From assembly GCA_000002435.2 (NCBI GenBank), contig CM018792.1: a stretch of DNA of 64,000 bases; one strand, given 5' to 3'. The DNA is from Giardia intestinalis. Its lineage: Eukaryota. Numbering within the stretch: the first letter of the stretch is position 1; each line of letters starts with the position of its first letter. A program made the translations under genes and the position numbers. Below are positions 27,801-37,811 of the stretch, in pieces. The notes below the pieces were generated by a model, which was given only the letters and a program-made list of their open reading frames with translations, searched no databases and was not told the DNA's origin.

Positions 27801-30473
27801 ATGATAAATTTCCAGGCTGATGAGAGCGCATTTAACCAGCGATGCTTTCTTAATCCGCCTTATATGGTTAAGCCAGTGACTGAAGTCGCTCTTCCTCAGG
27901 GTGCAAGTGTGATAGAGCAGCAACTGCAGAAAGCACGAGGCCCCCGTGTTACGCTTGAAACGCCTGCTGCGGCGAACCATAACGGTTCACATAATAATTC
28001 AGCAGATAAAGAGCCAGCAAGCACTGCCCCCACATTTGTGACTTTTGAGGCGGCCCAGACTGTTTCCAATCCGCCCAAAGTGAAGTCTATGCAGCCCGAG
28101 AATCTGGGGCAAGAGGACGCCGCAGATATCTTTATGGATGTATTCCAGAGCGCAGCAGAGTCTCTGAATCCGGTCGCCCACATTGAGAGGCCACTTATAG
28201 ATGAGCCCTTTGCAAACCTCATTCCTGCAAATGTTGAGCAAAATAAGCGAGGGGCGAACCCATATAACAGCCGTACAAATGCATCCGTAAACTATGAAAC
28301 GCTTCGGCCACGCGGACTTGTCAACTCCCTTTCCAAGCTTATCTTTGTTCGCACTGGCAATCTACGGACGATGTCTGACACCGACTTCAAGCTTTATGTA
28401 GCTAACTTGGGAGGCACGGTAACTACGGCTGTCAGTGGGCGGACAAGTTACCTAGTCGTCGGAGATGATCCTGGTGTAACAAAAATTAGGGACGCAAAGG
28501 CCAAATTTGTACGTATTATTTCAGAAAAGGAGTTTTATGATCTTGTTGTGAAGAAGAGCGGCGTTCCCGATTGGGTACCTTGGGTATCCTTCACTGAGAG
28601 CCTCCAACCTCTTACTACAGACGAACTTGCAGATGTTATTGCAGAGCACAATAAGCAGTACGAGTCTTCTGGTCAGGGCGGAGCAGGAGAAGAGCTGGTT
28701 GCCTTAGGAGCTATAGCAAGTTCTTCTATTGGTGATTCCGCCACCTCTACTGTAAAAGCAGAAAACTTTGACCAGCCTGAAAAGAAAACTACTGGTGTTC
28801 AGGGATCCACGGCTAGCAGAGAAGAGCATGAAAAGCATAAAGAGCTTGTCCGCTTCCAAACACCTATGTCTGAACTAGATTGGTTGATGAAGCATACACC
28901 TACTCGCATTTCTGCGGTTGTTGGGAACAATATAATGATCAATCAGCTTAGGCTTTGGCTTACAGACTGGGCGGATGTCTTCATAAACAAAGTGCCGGTG
29001 GAGTCTGTCCTCTCTTCAGAAGGGTATGCGAGGTACAACAAGGGCATGGGAGAACGCTTTCAGTTCAAGGCAGCTCTGGTTTCGGGGCCTTCGGGTATTG
29101 GAAAGACCCTCGCCGTTAATCTTATCGTCAAGGAGAGTAGCTACTCTCCTTATTACCTGAGTGTCGCCGAGCAGCGCAGCAAGCTTTCACTCCAGGAGGC
29201 GCTATCCGATGTCTTTGAGAGCTGTGGGATCATTAGGTTCTTAGGCGGGGCACAGAGGTTGAGCAGGTCGACAAGCAACGATAGTAAGACAGGCCTATGC
29301 TTAATAATCGACGAGTGTGAGAGTATGGACGCTGGAGGTGCTAGTTACTTGCTCTCAGTAATGAACAAGGAGTCTAACCGTGTCCCCATAATCTTTATCT
29401 GTAACAATGCGCACGACCAGAAGCTGAAGACCCTACGTAGCAAATGTGCACTGTTCCCCTTTGAGCGACCTCAGAAGGACATGATCGGGAAGTTTCTTTT
29501 GTCTGTTGCCGAAGCAGAGAACGTGTCTCTCCAATCTGGTCATGCAAGTCTTATTGCAGAGCGTGTGCGCAGTGACGTCCGCTATGCCATCAATGAGCTG
29601 CAGTTCAGGACAGCAGGTAGCAAAGATTCGTCATACTCAGCGAAAGCGTTGTCGTCACTTCATATTGTCACGGCAGCACCAACGATGTTTGAAACCTGGA
29701 ATCTCATTCTCGACTACCGCGTGCTCAAGCAGTGGGTTGCCAACACAAAGCAGGATGGCTGCTATCGATCTCTTATAACGCTCCACATGGGAGACCCTTC
29801 TTTGAATACTGCGGGGATATTCCAGAACTATCGCACGAAGACAGCCGGGCTCTTGAGCTACACCTCTGTCCTGTCCGACTTGCTATCCACGAGCGAGACC
29901 ATGCTGGCTAGGATGATGTCTGTTGGTGACTGGTCGTGTAGCCGCGATCAGGCCGTGTTTTCTGCTGTACTGCCGAACCTCATACTTTCTACCCTTGATC
30001 TCACAGGAACAGGAAGCTTTGGAACCTTTCGCCAAAATACTTTCCCAGGAATGGTGTTGAATGCAGTGAGTTCTGCTAAGTCGGCAGCTGCAAAGGTGGA
30101 CGAGTTTTGGACAAGGTCGGCTAGGCTAGGCACCTCGGGGAGGGGCAGTATACTAGCGTCAAACATGCCCATGTTTGCGTCTTTAATTGCTAATGGATGG
30201 GAGCTTTGTGGAGACGCTCTTTTGCAACATATGAAAAAAGGAAGAGAGCTCGCTCCAGATGAAGACTGCTTTGCTTCTCTGCTAACGGACACATTTAGCG
30301 GCGTTTCTATGGATACGTGGAAAGAGTTCAAAGAGATTCAGGAGATACCTCTCGTCAGTGGGAAGTCGCAGACAGCCCTCACCAGCTACCTTCAAGGCAT
30401 TATGGACTACGACTATCGGTCTATAGCGCCTTCCTCTAAAAAGAATCCTCGTGCCCGAAAAGTAAAGCAGTAG
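27801..30473 (+). CDS. Replication factor C large subunit (RFC1), 890 aa, with BRCT domain and AAA+ clamp-loader module
   Basis: BRCT FKLYVANLGGTVTTAVSGRTSYLVVGDDPG. Walker A SGPSGIGKT. DEcD box LIIDECESMD. SRC-like motifs. Confidence 0.85.
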   Translation: MINFQADESAFNQRCFLNPPYMVKPVTEVALPQGASVIEQQLQKARGPRVTLETPAAANHNGSHNNSADKEPASTAPTFVTFEAAQTVSNPPKVKSMQPENLGQEDAADIFMDVFQSAAESLNPVAHIERPLIDEPFANLIPANVEQNKRGANPYNSRTNASVNYETLRPRGLVNSLSKLIFVRTGNLRTMSDTDFKLYVANLGGTVTTAVSGRTSYLVVGDDPGVTKIRDAKAKFVRIISEKEFYDLVVKKSGVPDWVPWVSFTESLQPLTTDELADVIAEHNKQYESSGQGGAGEELVALGAIASSSIGDSATSTVKAENFDQPEKKTTGVQGSTASREEHEKHKELVRFQTPMSELDWLMKHTPTRISAVVGNNIMINQLRLWLTDWADVFINKVPVESVLSSEGYARYNKGMGERFQFKAALVSGPSGIGKTLAVNLIVKESSYSPYYLSVAEQRSKLSLQEALSDVFESCGIIRFLGGAQRLSRSTSNDSKTGLCLIIDECESMDAGGASYLLSVMNKESNRVPIIFICNNAHDQKLKTLRSKCALFPFERPQKDMIGKFLLSVAEAENVSLQSGHASLIAERVRSDVRYAINELQFRTAGSKDSSYSAKALSSLHIVTAAPTMFETWNLILDYRVLKQWVANTKQDGCYRSLITLHMGDPSLNTAGIFQNYRTKTAGLLSYTSVLSDLLSTSETMLARMMSVGDWSCSRDQAVFSAVLPNLILSTLDLTGTGSFGTFRQNTFPGMVLNAVSSAKSAAAKVDEFWTRSARLGTSGRGSILASNMPMFASLIANGWELCGDALLQHMKKGRELAPDEDCFASLLTDTFSGVSMDTWKEFKEIQEIPLVSGKSQTALTSYLQGIMDYDYRSIAPSSKKNPRARKVKQ

Positions 30474-30493
30474 TTCTTACGTAAAACATTTAA

Positions 30494-31105
30494 ATGATTA
30501 ATTTGAGGGTAGAAGAGATCTATGAGCGGCTTGCCTCCGTAATGGCCGCTCTGCCGCTGCATGTGGCCGTGCGCCCCCATGGGATAAGTAAGCATATGCT
30601 CCTCGAACGTTTCGAGAACAACAGAAAGGCTGACAGCGAGCTTTTCAAGAAGCAAGAGCAGACACAGCCAGCGTTCACGGAAGAGGCCTCAGATGATACC
30701 TCGTCCAGTGCCTCTCCTGAAAGTGACACCGACGACATCCAGGCAGCTAATCTTGGCGCAGTTGGGAGCGAAAAAGTCCAGATACTCGACGGCATCCCCC
30801 GGTCCCGCAAGGCTGCTGATAAGCGTGCTTTGAAGGAGGCCATTGCAGCTAAGAAGGAACGGGAACAGGCGATTGCTGCGGCCGCTAAGGGAGACCGGGC
30901 CGCGATGGACAGCGTCGTTGACAAAGAGTACGACGTGGCAATGCGGCGGGCGTCTGGTAAAAAGGTGCGCGACGACCCCGCGCGGATTCGTAAGTCGATG
31001 AGGAACAATCAAGGCAGGCGGCCCCGGGGGAAAGCAGCTTCAAAGCCCCAGAAGCCGAAGTTCCCCATGAAGTCCCAGGCGGGGTTCGGAAGAGGCCCGA
31101 AGTGA
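30494..31105 (+). CDS. Hypothetical basic, K/R-rich, nucleolar-type protein, 203 aa
   Basis: ATG in the context tttaaATG. Charged low-complexity C-terminus with a KKVRDDPARIRKS tail. Confidence 0.45.
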   Translation: MINLRVEEIYERLASVMAALPLHVAVRPHGISKHMLLERFENNRKADSELFKKQEQTQPAFTEEASDDTSSSASPESDTDDIQAANLGAVGSEKVQILDGIPRSRKAADKRALKEAIAAKKEREQAIAAAAKGDRAAMDSVVDKEYDVAMRRASGKKVRDDPARIRKSMRNNQGRRPRGKAASKPQKPKFPMKSQAGFGRGPK

Positions 31106-31124
31106 GACGTAAATGCTGATCGAT

Positions 31125-31487
31125 TTACTTCGCATGCCCCTTGCCGGCGGTCTGCTTGGCCGTCTTAGCTGTCTGAGCGGCGATTTCCCTCAGAGCCTGG
31201 TTCTCTTCATTGAGGAACGACTCCAAGATGTGAGCACGGAGCGCAGACCCGCAGAGCTTGCCGCCGTAGGGACGCGAGACTTTTCGCTGCTGGCGCGTGA
31301 GGTGCTGGGGGATCACACGGGGAATGCCGTGGATCTGTTTGCCGGTCTCTGCGCAATGGGGGGCATTCGGCAGCTTCTTAACGCGGAGGGACGTCAGCCT
31401 GTTCCCGGGAGTGCGCTTGTAACGCACGATCTTCGAGCGAGTCCTGTATGTGGAGTGGAAGCGGCAAGTGACGCGACAGTCGGCCAT
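31125..31487 (-). CDS. RPL34: 60S ribosomal protein L34e
   Basis: YRTRSKIVRYKRTPGNRLTSLRVKK...CAETGKQIHGIPRV...RPYGGKLC matches the L34e zinc-ribbon protein. Confidence 0.9.
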   Translation of the reverse strand: MADCRVTCRFHSTYRTRSKIVRYKRTPGNRLTSLRVKKLPNAPHCAETGKQIHGIPRVIPQHLTRQQRKVSRPYGGKLCGSALRAHILESFLNEENQALREIAAQTAKTAKQTAGKGHAK

Positions 31488-31699
31488 CTCGGGCGGGCAG
31501 CTCTTTAGTAATTAAAAGCCAATTTAAAATTCTTTCTATTTTTAAAACGAGAATGTATCGAGCGAGCCTCGGAGGAACCAGAGAGGGGTAGTGATAGCGG
31601 AGACCGTGTCCCGGCCAGCGTGCAAGCGAGCCTTTGTGTACGATAACAGAGAAAATTATATCTTACAATGACGTCAAATCGCGATTTAAACGAAATAAA

Positions 31700-32404
31700 A
31701 TGATCACTCCTCTGCTCCTTGTGCTCTCCCTCGGCAAGGTTGTCGAGTTAGGCAAAGATGAATTCAACACGCTGCGCAATTCCGGCGCCTCCATGTCTGT
31801 TGTCTTCTATGCCCCGTGGTGTGGACACTGCAAGAATCTGAAGCCAGAGTACGCTAAGGCCGGGGCAGAGCTGGATGGTGTTGTGGACCTTTACATGGTT
31901 GACTGCACCAATGAGAGCAACGGGGGGAAGGATCTCTGTGGGGAGTTCGACGTTCAGGGCTTTCCCACGATAAAGATGATAAACACTGAGAAGGATAGTG
32001 TGCTCGACTATAACGGCGCAAGGGAGGCGAAGGCTCTTCGCTCGTTTGTCCTCTATAACATGAAGAAGCCGTTCAGGGACCATAGGACTCCAAAGGCCTT
32101 CCTGGAAGCCGTGAAAGCAGCGAAGGAGGACGGAAAGCTGCACCTGTTTATAGTCACTGAGAGCAAGGCAGCCAGCAGCTATCTCTTCAAGCTGGCCAAG
32201 AAGGTGTCCGAGAAGATGTCTATTCACGTGCTCCTCAACAGTACGGCGGACAAGATCAAAGAGCTCACCGAGGGCGGCTTGGAGAAGCACATCTCTGCTG
32301 GAAAGCTCTCCCTCTTCACTGTCAAGAAGAGTGCCACGGAGTCCTTCAGCGGGGCCAACACACCTGGCGAGATAGAGAAGTGGCTCCATAACCACGCCAA
32401 GTGA
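31700..32404 (+). CDS. Protein disulfide isomerase / thioredoxin-domain protein with signal peptide, 234 aa
   Basis: Signal peptide MITPLLLVLSLG. Active site APWCGHCK. The ORF-track start at 31634 is TTG; the first ATG is at 31700 in the context aaataaaATG. Confidence 0.85.
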   Translation: MITPLLLVLSLGKVVELGKDEFNTLRNSGASMSVVFYAPWCGHCKNLKPEYAKAGAELDGVVDLYMVDCTNESNGGKDLCGEFDVQGFPTIKMINTEKDSVLDYNGAREAKALRSFVLYNMKKPFRDHRTPKAFLEAVKAAKEDGKLHLFIVTESKAASSYLFKLAKKVSEKMSIHVLLNSTADKIKELTEGGLEKHISAGKLSLFTVKKSATESFSGANTPGEIEKWLHNHAK

Positions 32405-32454
32405 ATGTAAACGTTTACTGCGGGTCTAGTAGATTTGTTCCAGGACCTGTAAGG

Positions 32455-33240
32455 ATGACGCTACTCTGTCCGGAGGTGATGGCTGGGTCGCTGGGAATGG
32501 CGGCTGTTTTGACCGACAGCATAGTCCAGTGTGCCTTGCTGGGCATTTCTGGAAGAGCGCTAGCCGACTTTCTGTTGTATCCCGGCGGGGCCCTCGAATA
32601 TGCGTCACTGTTACACGCGTGCTTCTCCATCAGTAACCAGGTGTACAATATCCGCAAGAGAGATGGCAACAGCTGGGCCGATGTCACACGGCTAGGCCTC
32701 CAGTTGTGTGTCAGTGCCCTGTCAACAGGAGTCAGTGCGCTGCTTGTAGGTGAGCGATACTCGATACAGTTGACCCTCTCCGCCGTCGCTTTTGCACTGA
32801 TGATTGGGTTGCTAGGACTGACGGAGGCGCTATTCCAAAGGATGCTGCTGTGGAGGGCCGCAGTAGGGCTGCAAGTCGTCAGCCTACTGTACCGTCTGAT
32901 AATGCACTCTGTGCTGTATGCAAAGCGTGTCCACTGGGAGCTGGATGTCGAGTACTATCACGTCCAGGAGTACAATCTGTGCATAGCCATTTTTGTGACC
33001 TGTAGCACGCTCATATCCATTTCAACGAGCAACCCTGGGGCTGCAGTCTGCGCTGTCGCAGTATTGCTTGGCTTAACGATTCGAAGTACGCTGAAATGGC
33101 AGTTGGGGGCTTTTAGAAACATGTGCATTGGCTGCCTAGTCCTTGCTATTGTCAATGCCGCCCAAGTAGTCTATAACACGGAGGTCCGACACCCTGTCCA
33201 AAAATCGCAGCAAAGCAAATTAATTAAAAATGGCACGTGA
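32455..33240 (+). CDS. Hypothetical multi-pass membrane protein, 261 aa
   Basis: The ORF-track start at 32401 is GTG; the first ATG is at 32455. Several hydrophobic helices. The 3' end overlaps the NDK start by 11 nt, so it could be spurious. Confidence 0.35.
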   Translation: MTLLCPEVMAGSLGMAAVLTDSIVQCALLGISGRALADFLLYPGGALEYASLLHACFSISNQVYNIRKRDGNSWADVTRLGLQLCVSALSTGVSALLVGERYSIQLTLSAVAFALMIGLLGLTEALFQRMLLWRAAVGLQVVSLLYRLIMHSVLYAKRVHWELDVEYYHVQEYNLCIAIFVTCSTLISISTSNPGAAVCAVAVLLGLTIRSTLKWQLGAFRNMCIGCLVLAIVNAAQVVYNTEVRHPVQKSQQSKLIKNGT

Positions 33241-33685
33241 ACGCACCTTTCTCATGGTGAAGCCGGACGGTGTCCAGCGCGGCCTCGTCGGCGAGATAAT
33301 CTCCCGCTTCGAGCGCAGGGGCTTCAAGCTGGTCGCCATGAAGTTCTTTGTGCCTTCGAAGAACCTTGTCGAGGAGCACTACAAGGAGCACGCCGCCAGG
33401 CCTTTCTTCGCCGGGCTCTGCAAGTTCTTGTCCAGCGGCCCCGTCTGCGCCATGGTCTGGGAGGGCGCCAATGTGGTGAGCATATCCCGCACCATGATGG
33501 GGGTCACGAAGCCGGCCGAGTCTGCTCCCGGCACGATACGCGGGGACTTCGGCATTGACGTCGGGAGGAACATCATTCACGGCTCTGCCAATCTCGATGA
33601 TGCGGCGCGTGAGATAGCTCTCTGGTTCAAGCCAGAGGAGGTGGCCTCGTGGAGCTGCTCTCTCGAGAGCCACATCTATGAGTGA
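33230..33685 (+). CDS. NDK: Nucleoside diphosphate kinase
   Basis: [31 protein letters not shown]...[20 protein letters not shown]; the active-site His lies in NIIHGS. ATG in the context attaaaaATG. Confidence 0.95.
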   Translation: MARERTFLMVKPDGVQRGLVGEIISRFERRGFKLVAMKFFVPSKNLVEEHYKEHAARPFFAGLCKFLSSGPVCAMVWEGANVVSISRTMMGVTKPAESAPGTIRGDFGIDVGRNIIHGSANLDDAAREIALWFKPEEVASWSCSLESHIYE

Positions 33686-34208
33686 ACCCATTTGGCCGTT
33701 CCTAATTAGTGACCAGAAACTCTCATTGTGGTTTTGGTATTTCTCCAAAACCAAAGATTGGACTGGGTGAGTGTGTATTAGAACTTACGCACGACGCGCT
33801 CCTCGCTCCTGCGGCCCACTTATTTATCTGCTCATAACTAGAACACCGCGTGGGATGCTCCTTTCGGCCGGCATTCTCCCTTCGCTTATCTCAAGTTACG
33901 TTGGACAGACTCTACGACCGACGTCCCTGAAAAGGCCAGTCAATCAGCCTATTATGGGCATCAAGTGCTGGGGCCTGGCGTCAAGCTGCTCCTTCTTGAG
34001 TCTCAGCGGAGATGCGCTTTACTGTAGTGGAGTTGTCGGTCAATATTTTTCTGTAGGTACACTGAAAGCTATTGACTAGAGAGGATCCTTATCTGGGGGT
34101 TCTGATTCCAGCCACACCTCAGCGTGGGTTTTGAGAAAACACTGCGGGGGCGTCTTTTTCCGCCGGTCAACATTTTCACAGAGCTCGTTTTAAAATATCA
34201 AGGTATAC

Positions 34209-35978
34209 ATGCAAGTCGAAGACCCTGGTGCGCGTAGCACAGTTCTCACAGAGGTATCCGTGCAGGGCGCCGTGGAGGATGGATCTGCAGCCCAGCAGCA
34301 GGCCGCCAAATCTGCACCTCCGAAGAAGGCTGGATCGCATCTCTATTCGTACGGGACGATGATCGGCATCGCTATAAACTACATTATAGGAACTGGCGCT
34401 CTATCTCTTTCTGTTACCATGGGGAGTGCAGGCGTTCTCATGACAGTCATAATCCTCATCATTGGCTCGGGAATCACTCTCTTTCTTGCGATCTACTTCA
34501 CAGAGGTTTTGGCGCGTGCGTATGCTCTGGCCAGAGGCGGATTTGCTCCCGAAGACATCCTTAACAAGCTGCACGAGTACGAAAATCCCGTCTCGGCCAC
34601 TGCCTCTGCCGAGGGCTCCAACGCAAGCGCTGCCATTGGGAACGCTACTATTGAGGGCGGTAAGGCCTGCAACACACTCTCTCCCGATTACTCTCTTTCC
34701 ACAGAATGCGAGTTTTGCATTTCTGAGCTCATGAAGATGTTCTATGGGAAGCCAGGCTTCTACATCTATCAGGTTTCTAATTTGATCTACTTCTTCGGGA
34801 CGGTCTGGAGCTACGGAAACGTCGTCGCATCGTCTCTGACTTCCATTATTCCGATGTACAGTCTTCCGGGTAGTCCTAAGACGTGGGAGTGTGATGTTAA
34901 TAAGATGAGTAAGTTAGGTGATCCTTGTTATACCGCTTACTGGATTTGGCTGTGTATTGCCATGGTCATCGCTTGTATTCTGATATTCTTTGATTTGAGT
35001 CAGCAAAAGGTCCTGCAAACAATCTTCACTGGGTGCCGATTTGCTACCATTGCACTGGTTCTTCTTTTTACGATTGTGGGATATTCCAGGGGGCCATATT
35101 CTAAAACCTATTCTAAAGGAAATGCTAGCTCAGCCATAAGAATATTGGAAACGGATATATACTGGATTGCTAATCAGTTTTCATCCATTGTATTCTGCCA
35201 GGTTTGCCACCATTCCATTCCGGAAATCATCCGACCAGTCAAGAAGGAGCACCACGGGAAAATTAACTTCGGATTCACAATCACCTATATGGTCATCTTT
35301 GTCATAACGTCGCTTATTTTGTTCATGTGTGGATCGTACTTTGGGACGCTTGGTGAGGGGTTATTGACGCTGAACTTTGGTCAATGGCACGGTACAGACT
35401 GGAATCTCTGTGCTAAAGACAAAACAGGTGGTGCAGAGATGGTTCTTGGCTATATTGTGCGTGTGCTGCCGCCTATATACGTGACGACAGCAATCCCCAT
35501 CAATGCGCTTACAATGTCCAATAATCTTTTGTCGCTTTTCCCTCTGAGGCTCCAAAAGCATCTTGCTTTGGTCGTTTTTGCTAAGCTCATCTCTATCATT
35601 CCGGCTATGATGATGGCTGGGCTCGTTAAGGACCTGAACAAGATTGTCGGCTTCTCTGGACTGACGGGTTTTGTTATTATCAGCGTGTCTGCTCTCATGA
35701 TCATCAAGGGTAGAAAGCTTTGCAAGCAGCACTTTGGAGACGCCAACCTAAGAACGCCGTTCAACTCGTGGTCTTCCCACATCGCTATAATATATACGAT
35801 ACTTGTGATAACTGGCGTTGGGTTCATATTGACAACTTATTCCGTCGTTGCGGATGCAATAGGTAAGGCAAGTCCAAGGTATGTTAGTGAATACCCTGAT
35901 TGCAAAAATAACACGGGTACCACGTCCTTGTCTCTTGTTTCCACTACTGTTGATAATTGTCCGTACAATAAAAAATAA
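34209..35978 (+). CDS. Amino acid transporter-like permease (Aa_trans/SLC38-like), 589 aa, about 10 TM
   Basis: N-terminal motif NYIIGTGALSL typical of the amino acid/auxin permease family. Many hydrophobic helices. Confidence 0.55.
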   Translation: MQVEDPGARSTVLTEVSVQGAVEDGSAAQQQAAKSAPPKKAGSHLYSYGTMIGIAINYIIGTGALSLSVTMGSAGVLMTVIILIIGSGITLFLAIYFTEVLARAYALARGGFAPEDILNKLHEYENPVSATASAEGSNASAAIGNATIEGGKACNTLSPDYSLSTECEFCISELMKMFYGKPGFYIYQVSNLIYFFGTVWSYGNVVASSLTSIIPMYSLPGSPKTWECDVNKMSKLGDPCYTAYWIWLCIAMVIACILIFFDLSQQKVLQTIFTGCRFATIALVLLFTIVGYSRGPYSKTYSKGNASSAIRILETDIYWIANQFSSIVFCQVCHHSIPEIIRPVKKEHHGKINFGFTITYMVIFVITSLILFMCGSYFGTLGEGLLTLNFGQWHGTDWNLCAKDKTGGAEMVLGYIVRVLPPIYVTTAIPINALTMSNNLLSLFPLRLQKHLALVVFAKLISIIPAMMMAGLVKDLNKIVGFSGLTGFVIISVSALMIIKGRKLCKQHFGDANLRTPFNSWSSHIAIIYTILVITGVGFILTTYSVVADAIGKASPRYVSEYPDCKNNTGTTSLSLVSTTVDNCPYNKK

Positions 35979-36003
35979 ATAGTCAAGACGTTTTTCTTTT
36001 GCT

Positions 36004-37776
36004 ATGACGACCCTCCGCATCGATAACCTTACGCAGGAGGAGGCGGAACTCGTGCTGGCCACTGTCATGCAGGCACTACGGCCAGTGAAGGAGCTGCGCT
36101 CATATTGTGCGGTTGCCCTTTTCACCCCGTGCTCGTCGTCCCAGAGCCGCCTTTTGGCATTTTCCATGGACCTCACTGCCACCATTGTTTCTCAGGATGG
36201 TTCGACGCCCCCTGTGGTGCTGGCCATTCCACCACTTCCGCACTATCTGCTGGGCGGCGTCAAGTACGCAACGGCTATTTCGTGCATGGCGTTTACCACA
36301 CTTCTGCACCAAGATGGCCCTCCAGTGTTAATTATTGGGCTGAGCAACGGTGCCTGGGGCGTGTTTGACCTCGGCGGCTGCCTGCTTTTTCCATACATAG
36401 GAGACTCGAGATCTGGCTTATCAATTACAGCCGAACCTGTGATTGAGATTGTAACCCCAGAGAGCTACGATCTCTCGCCATCTGTTCACTTAACGGTCCG
36501 TCAGTATAGTCGCGTGCTCCATGTCACTCTTGAGGACCTCACTGCAGCCATTGCACGGAACATAGAAGCGGCTGGCTTTCAAGCTTGTTCATTTAGAGAC
36601 GCAGATCTTGAAACTAGCCAGCTTCCAGTCTCCGTTCACGACCAGAACCTATTCGCAATTGAACTGATGGACTCTGTAACTATGGAGGCGTTGCGTCCCA
36701 TTGGAAAGCTTAAGATAACCTATAAGTCTGTGGTGTACTACTACTCTGATGCCGTGTCCTTTATCGTGGTAGACCTTACCCAGTTCCATCCGTCGTGCAA
36801 TCTGAATCTGAAAGAGCCGCGAATACTTAGCGTCCCTGAGGATCAAGACACACAGAAGTTACTTGCATGTCCACTTCGAATAAATAGTATGCTTATTGAT
36901 GGGAGTCACTGCCTCATTGTAGGCCCCAATCCGTTTATTGTCCGCATCTCACCGGTCACTGTCGATATAGGCGCCATCAATCTACCAAGGGCCTTTCTGG
37001 ACACCATGGCCACCACTGTACTGCTACCAGACCAGGTGATATCCTTTTCTTCTAACGTCTTCAAAGTGGAGGTGCACGGATGTACACGCGAGCAAGCGGC
37101 GGTGTATGCCGCGCAATACATAGGTGGTAGCCTAGTAGATCAGGTCAACTACAGCATGGGATATCTCCGCGGCGATTTCAGAGCTGATGACCAAGACGTA
37201 GGTTGTGCCAGTGCCTGGGCATTGACAACAATGGATAACGTAGTACCGGAAATATGTAGCCCCATCTCAGACTTGGCTCTGGTACTCGACAAGGCAAAGG
37301 ATGCTATGGAGGAATTTGCTTCAAATAGATCAAAAGAGATTCAGAATGTATTTAGCTCGTATTTCCGTGTCCCATTCAGCATTTGGTGTGACAGCATGGA
37401 AGCCCCACACATCGTTGCACTGAGTGATGCCGGGCAAGTACTGTGCATGTCCCTTCGCTCCTTTGAAATCTGCGGGTCGCGATTTTTGTCCTTGCCTGCC
37501 ACCTCCTCTGATCTGTCCGGAGAACACTCATTCACTATCGCGGTGACCAGAGATGCTGGAGGGGCGCGCCTCCGTGTGTGGGCGTGGAAGCCAGACTTAT
37601 CCAATTTCTCCCAGACATATGAATGGGTCATTGCGTTACCGGGCCTAGAAATAATATCGGAAGGCATTCCTGATGGTCAGTGTCTGGTCCAGTCCAGAAG
37701 AACTGCTTATGCTGTTAAGGTAATACCCCAGGGTACACTCTACTCTTTAGAGTGGACCGTATTGGATAAGGGTTGA
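36004..37776 (+). CDS. Hypothetical protein, 590 aa
   Basis: Clean ATG ORF. No motif recognised. Confidence 0.55.
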   Translation: MTTLRIDNLTQEEAELVLATVMQALRPVKELRSYCAVALFTPCSSSQSRLLAFSMDLTATIVSQDGSTPPVVLAIPPLPHYLLGGVKYATAISCMAFTTLLHQDGPPVLIIGLSNGAWGVFDLGGCLLFPYIGDSRSGLSITAEPVIEIVTPESYDLSPSVHLTVRQYSRVLHVTLEDLTAAIARNIEAAGFQACSFRDADLETSQLPVSVHDQNLFAIELMDSVTMEALRPIGKLKITYKSVVYYYSDAVSFIVVDLTQFHPSCNLNLKEPRILSVPEDQDTQKLLACPLRINSMLIDGSHCLIVGPNPFIVRISPVTVDIGAINLPRAFLDTMATTVLLPDQVISFSSNVFKVEVHGCTREQAAVYAAQYIGGSLVDQVNYSMGYLRGDFRADDQDVGCASAWALTTMDNVVPEICSPISDLALVLDKAKDAMEEFASNRSKEIQNVFSSYFRVPFSIWCDSMEAPHIVALSDAGQVLCMSLRSFEICGSRFLSLPATSSDLSGEHSFTIAVTRDAGGARLRVWAWKPDLSNFSQTYEWVIALPGLEIISEGIPDGQCLVQSRRTAYAVKVIPQGTLYSLEWTVLDKG

Positions 37777-37811
37777 CGTTTTCGTTACACCTTTAAAAAT
37801 AAACAAACATT

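Noticed and set aside
27896-28241. Minus-strand ORFs inside RFC1, and similar short ORFs nested in other long genes
   Set aside because: They lie entirely within and antisense to long, well-supported ATG ORFs, and have no independent support.
33224-33754. 176-aa minus-strand ORF opposite NDK
   Set aside because: It is antisense to the unambiguous NDK gene. Its GC-rich mirror composition is the same artefact seen in the island.
33771-34079. 102-aa ORF in the NDK-to-transporter spacer
   Set aside because: It has no start context, no homology and a Cys/Arg-rich odd composition. The region is more likely non-coding; see the ncRNA finding.
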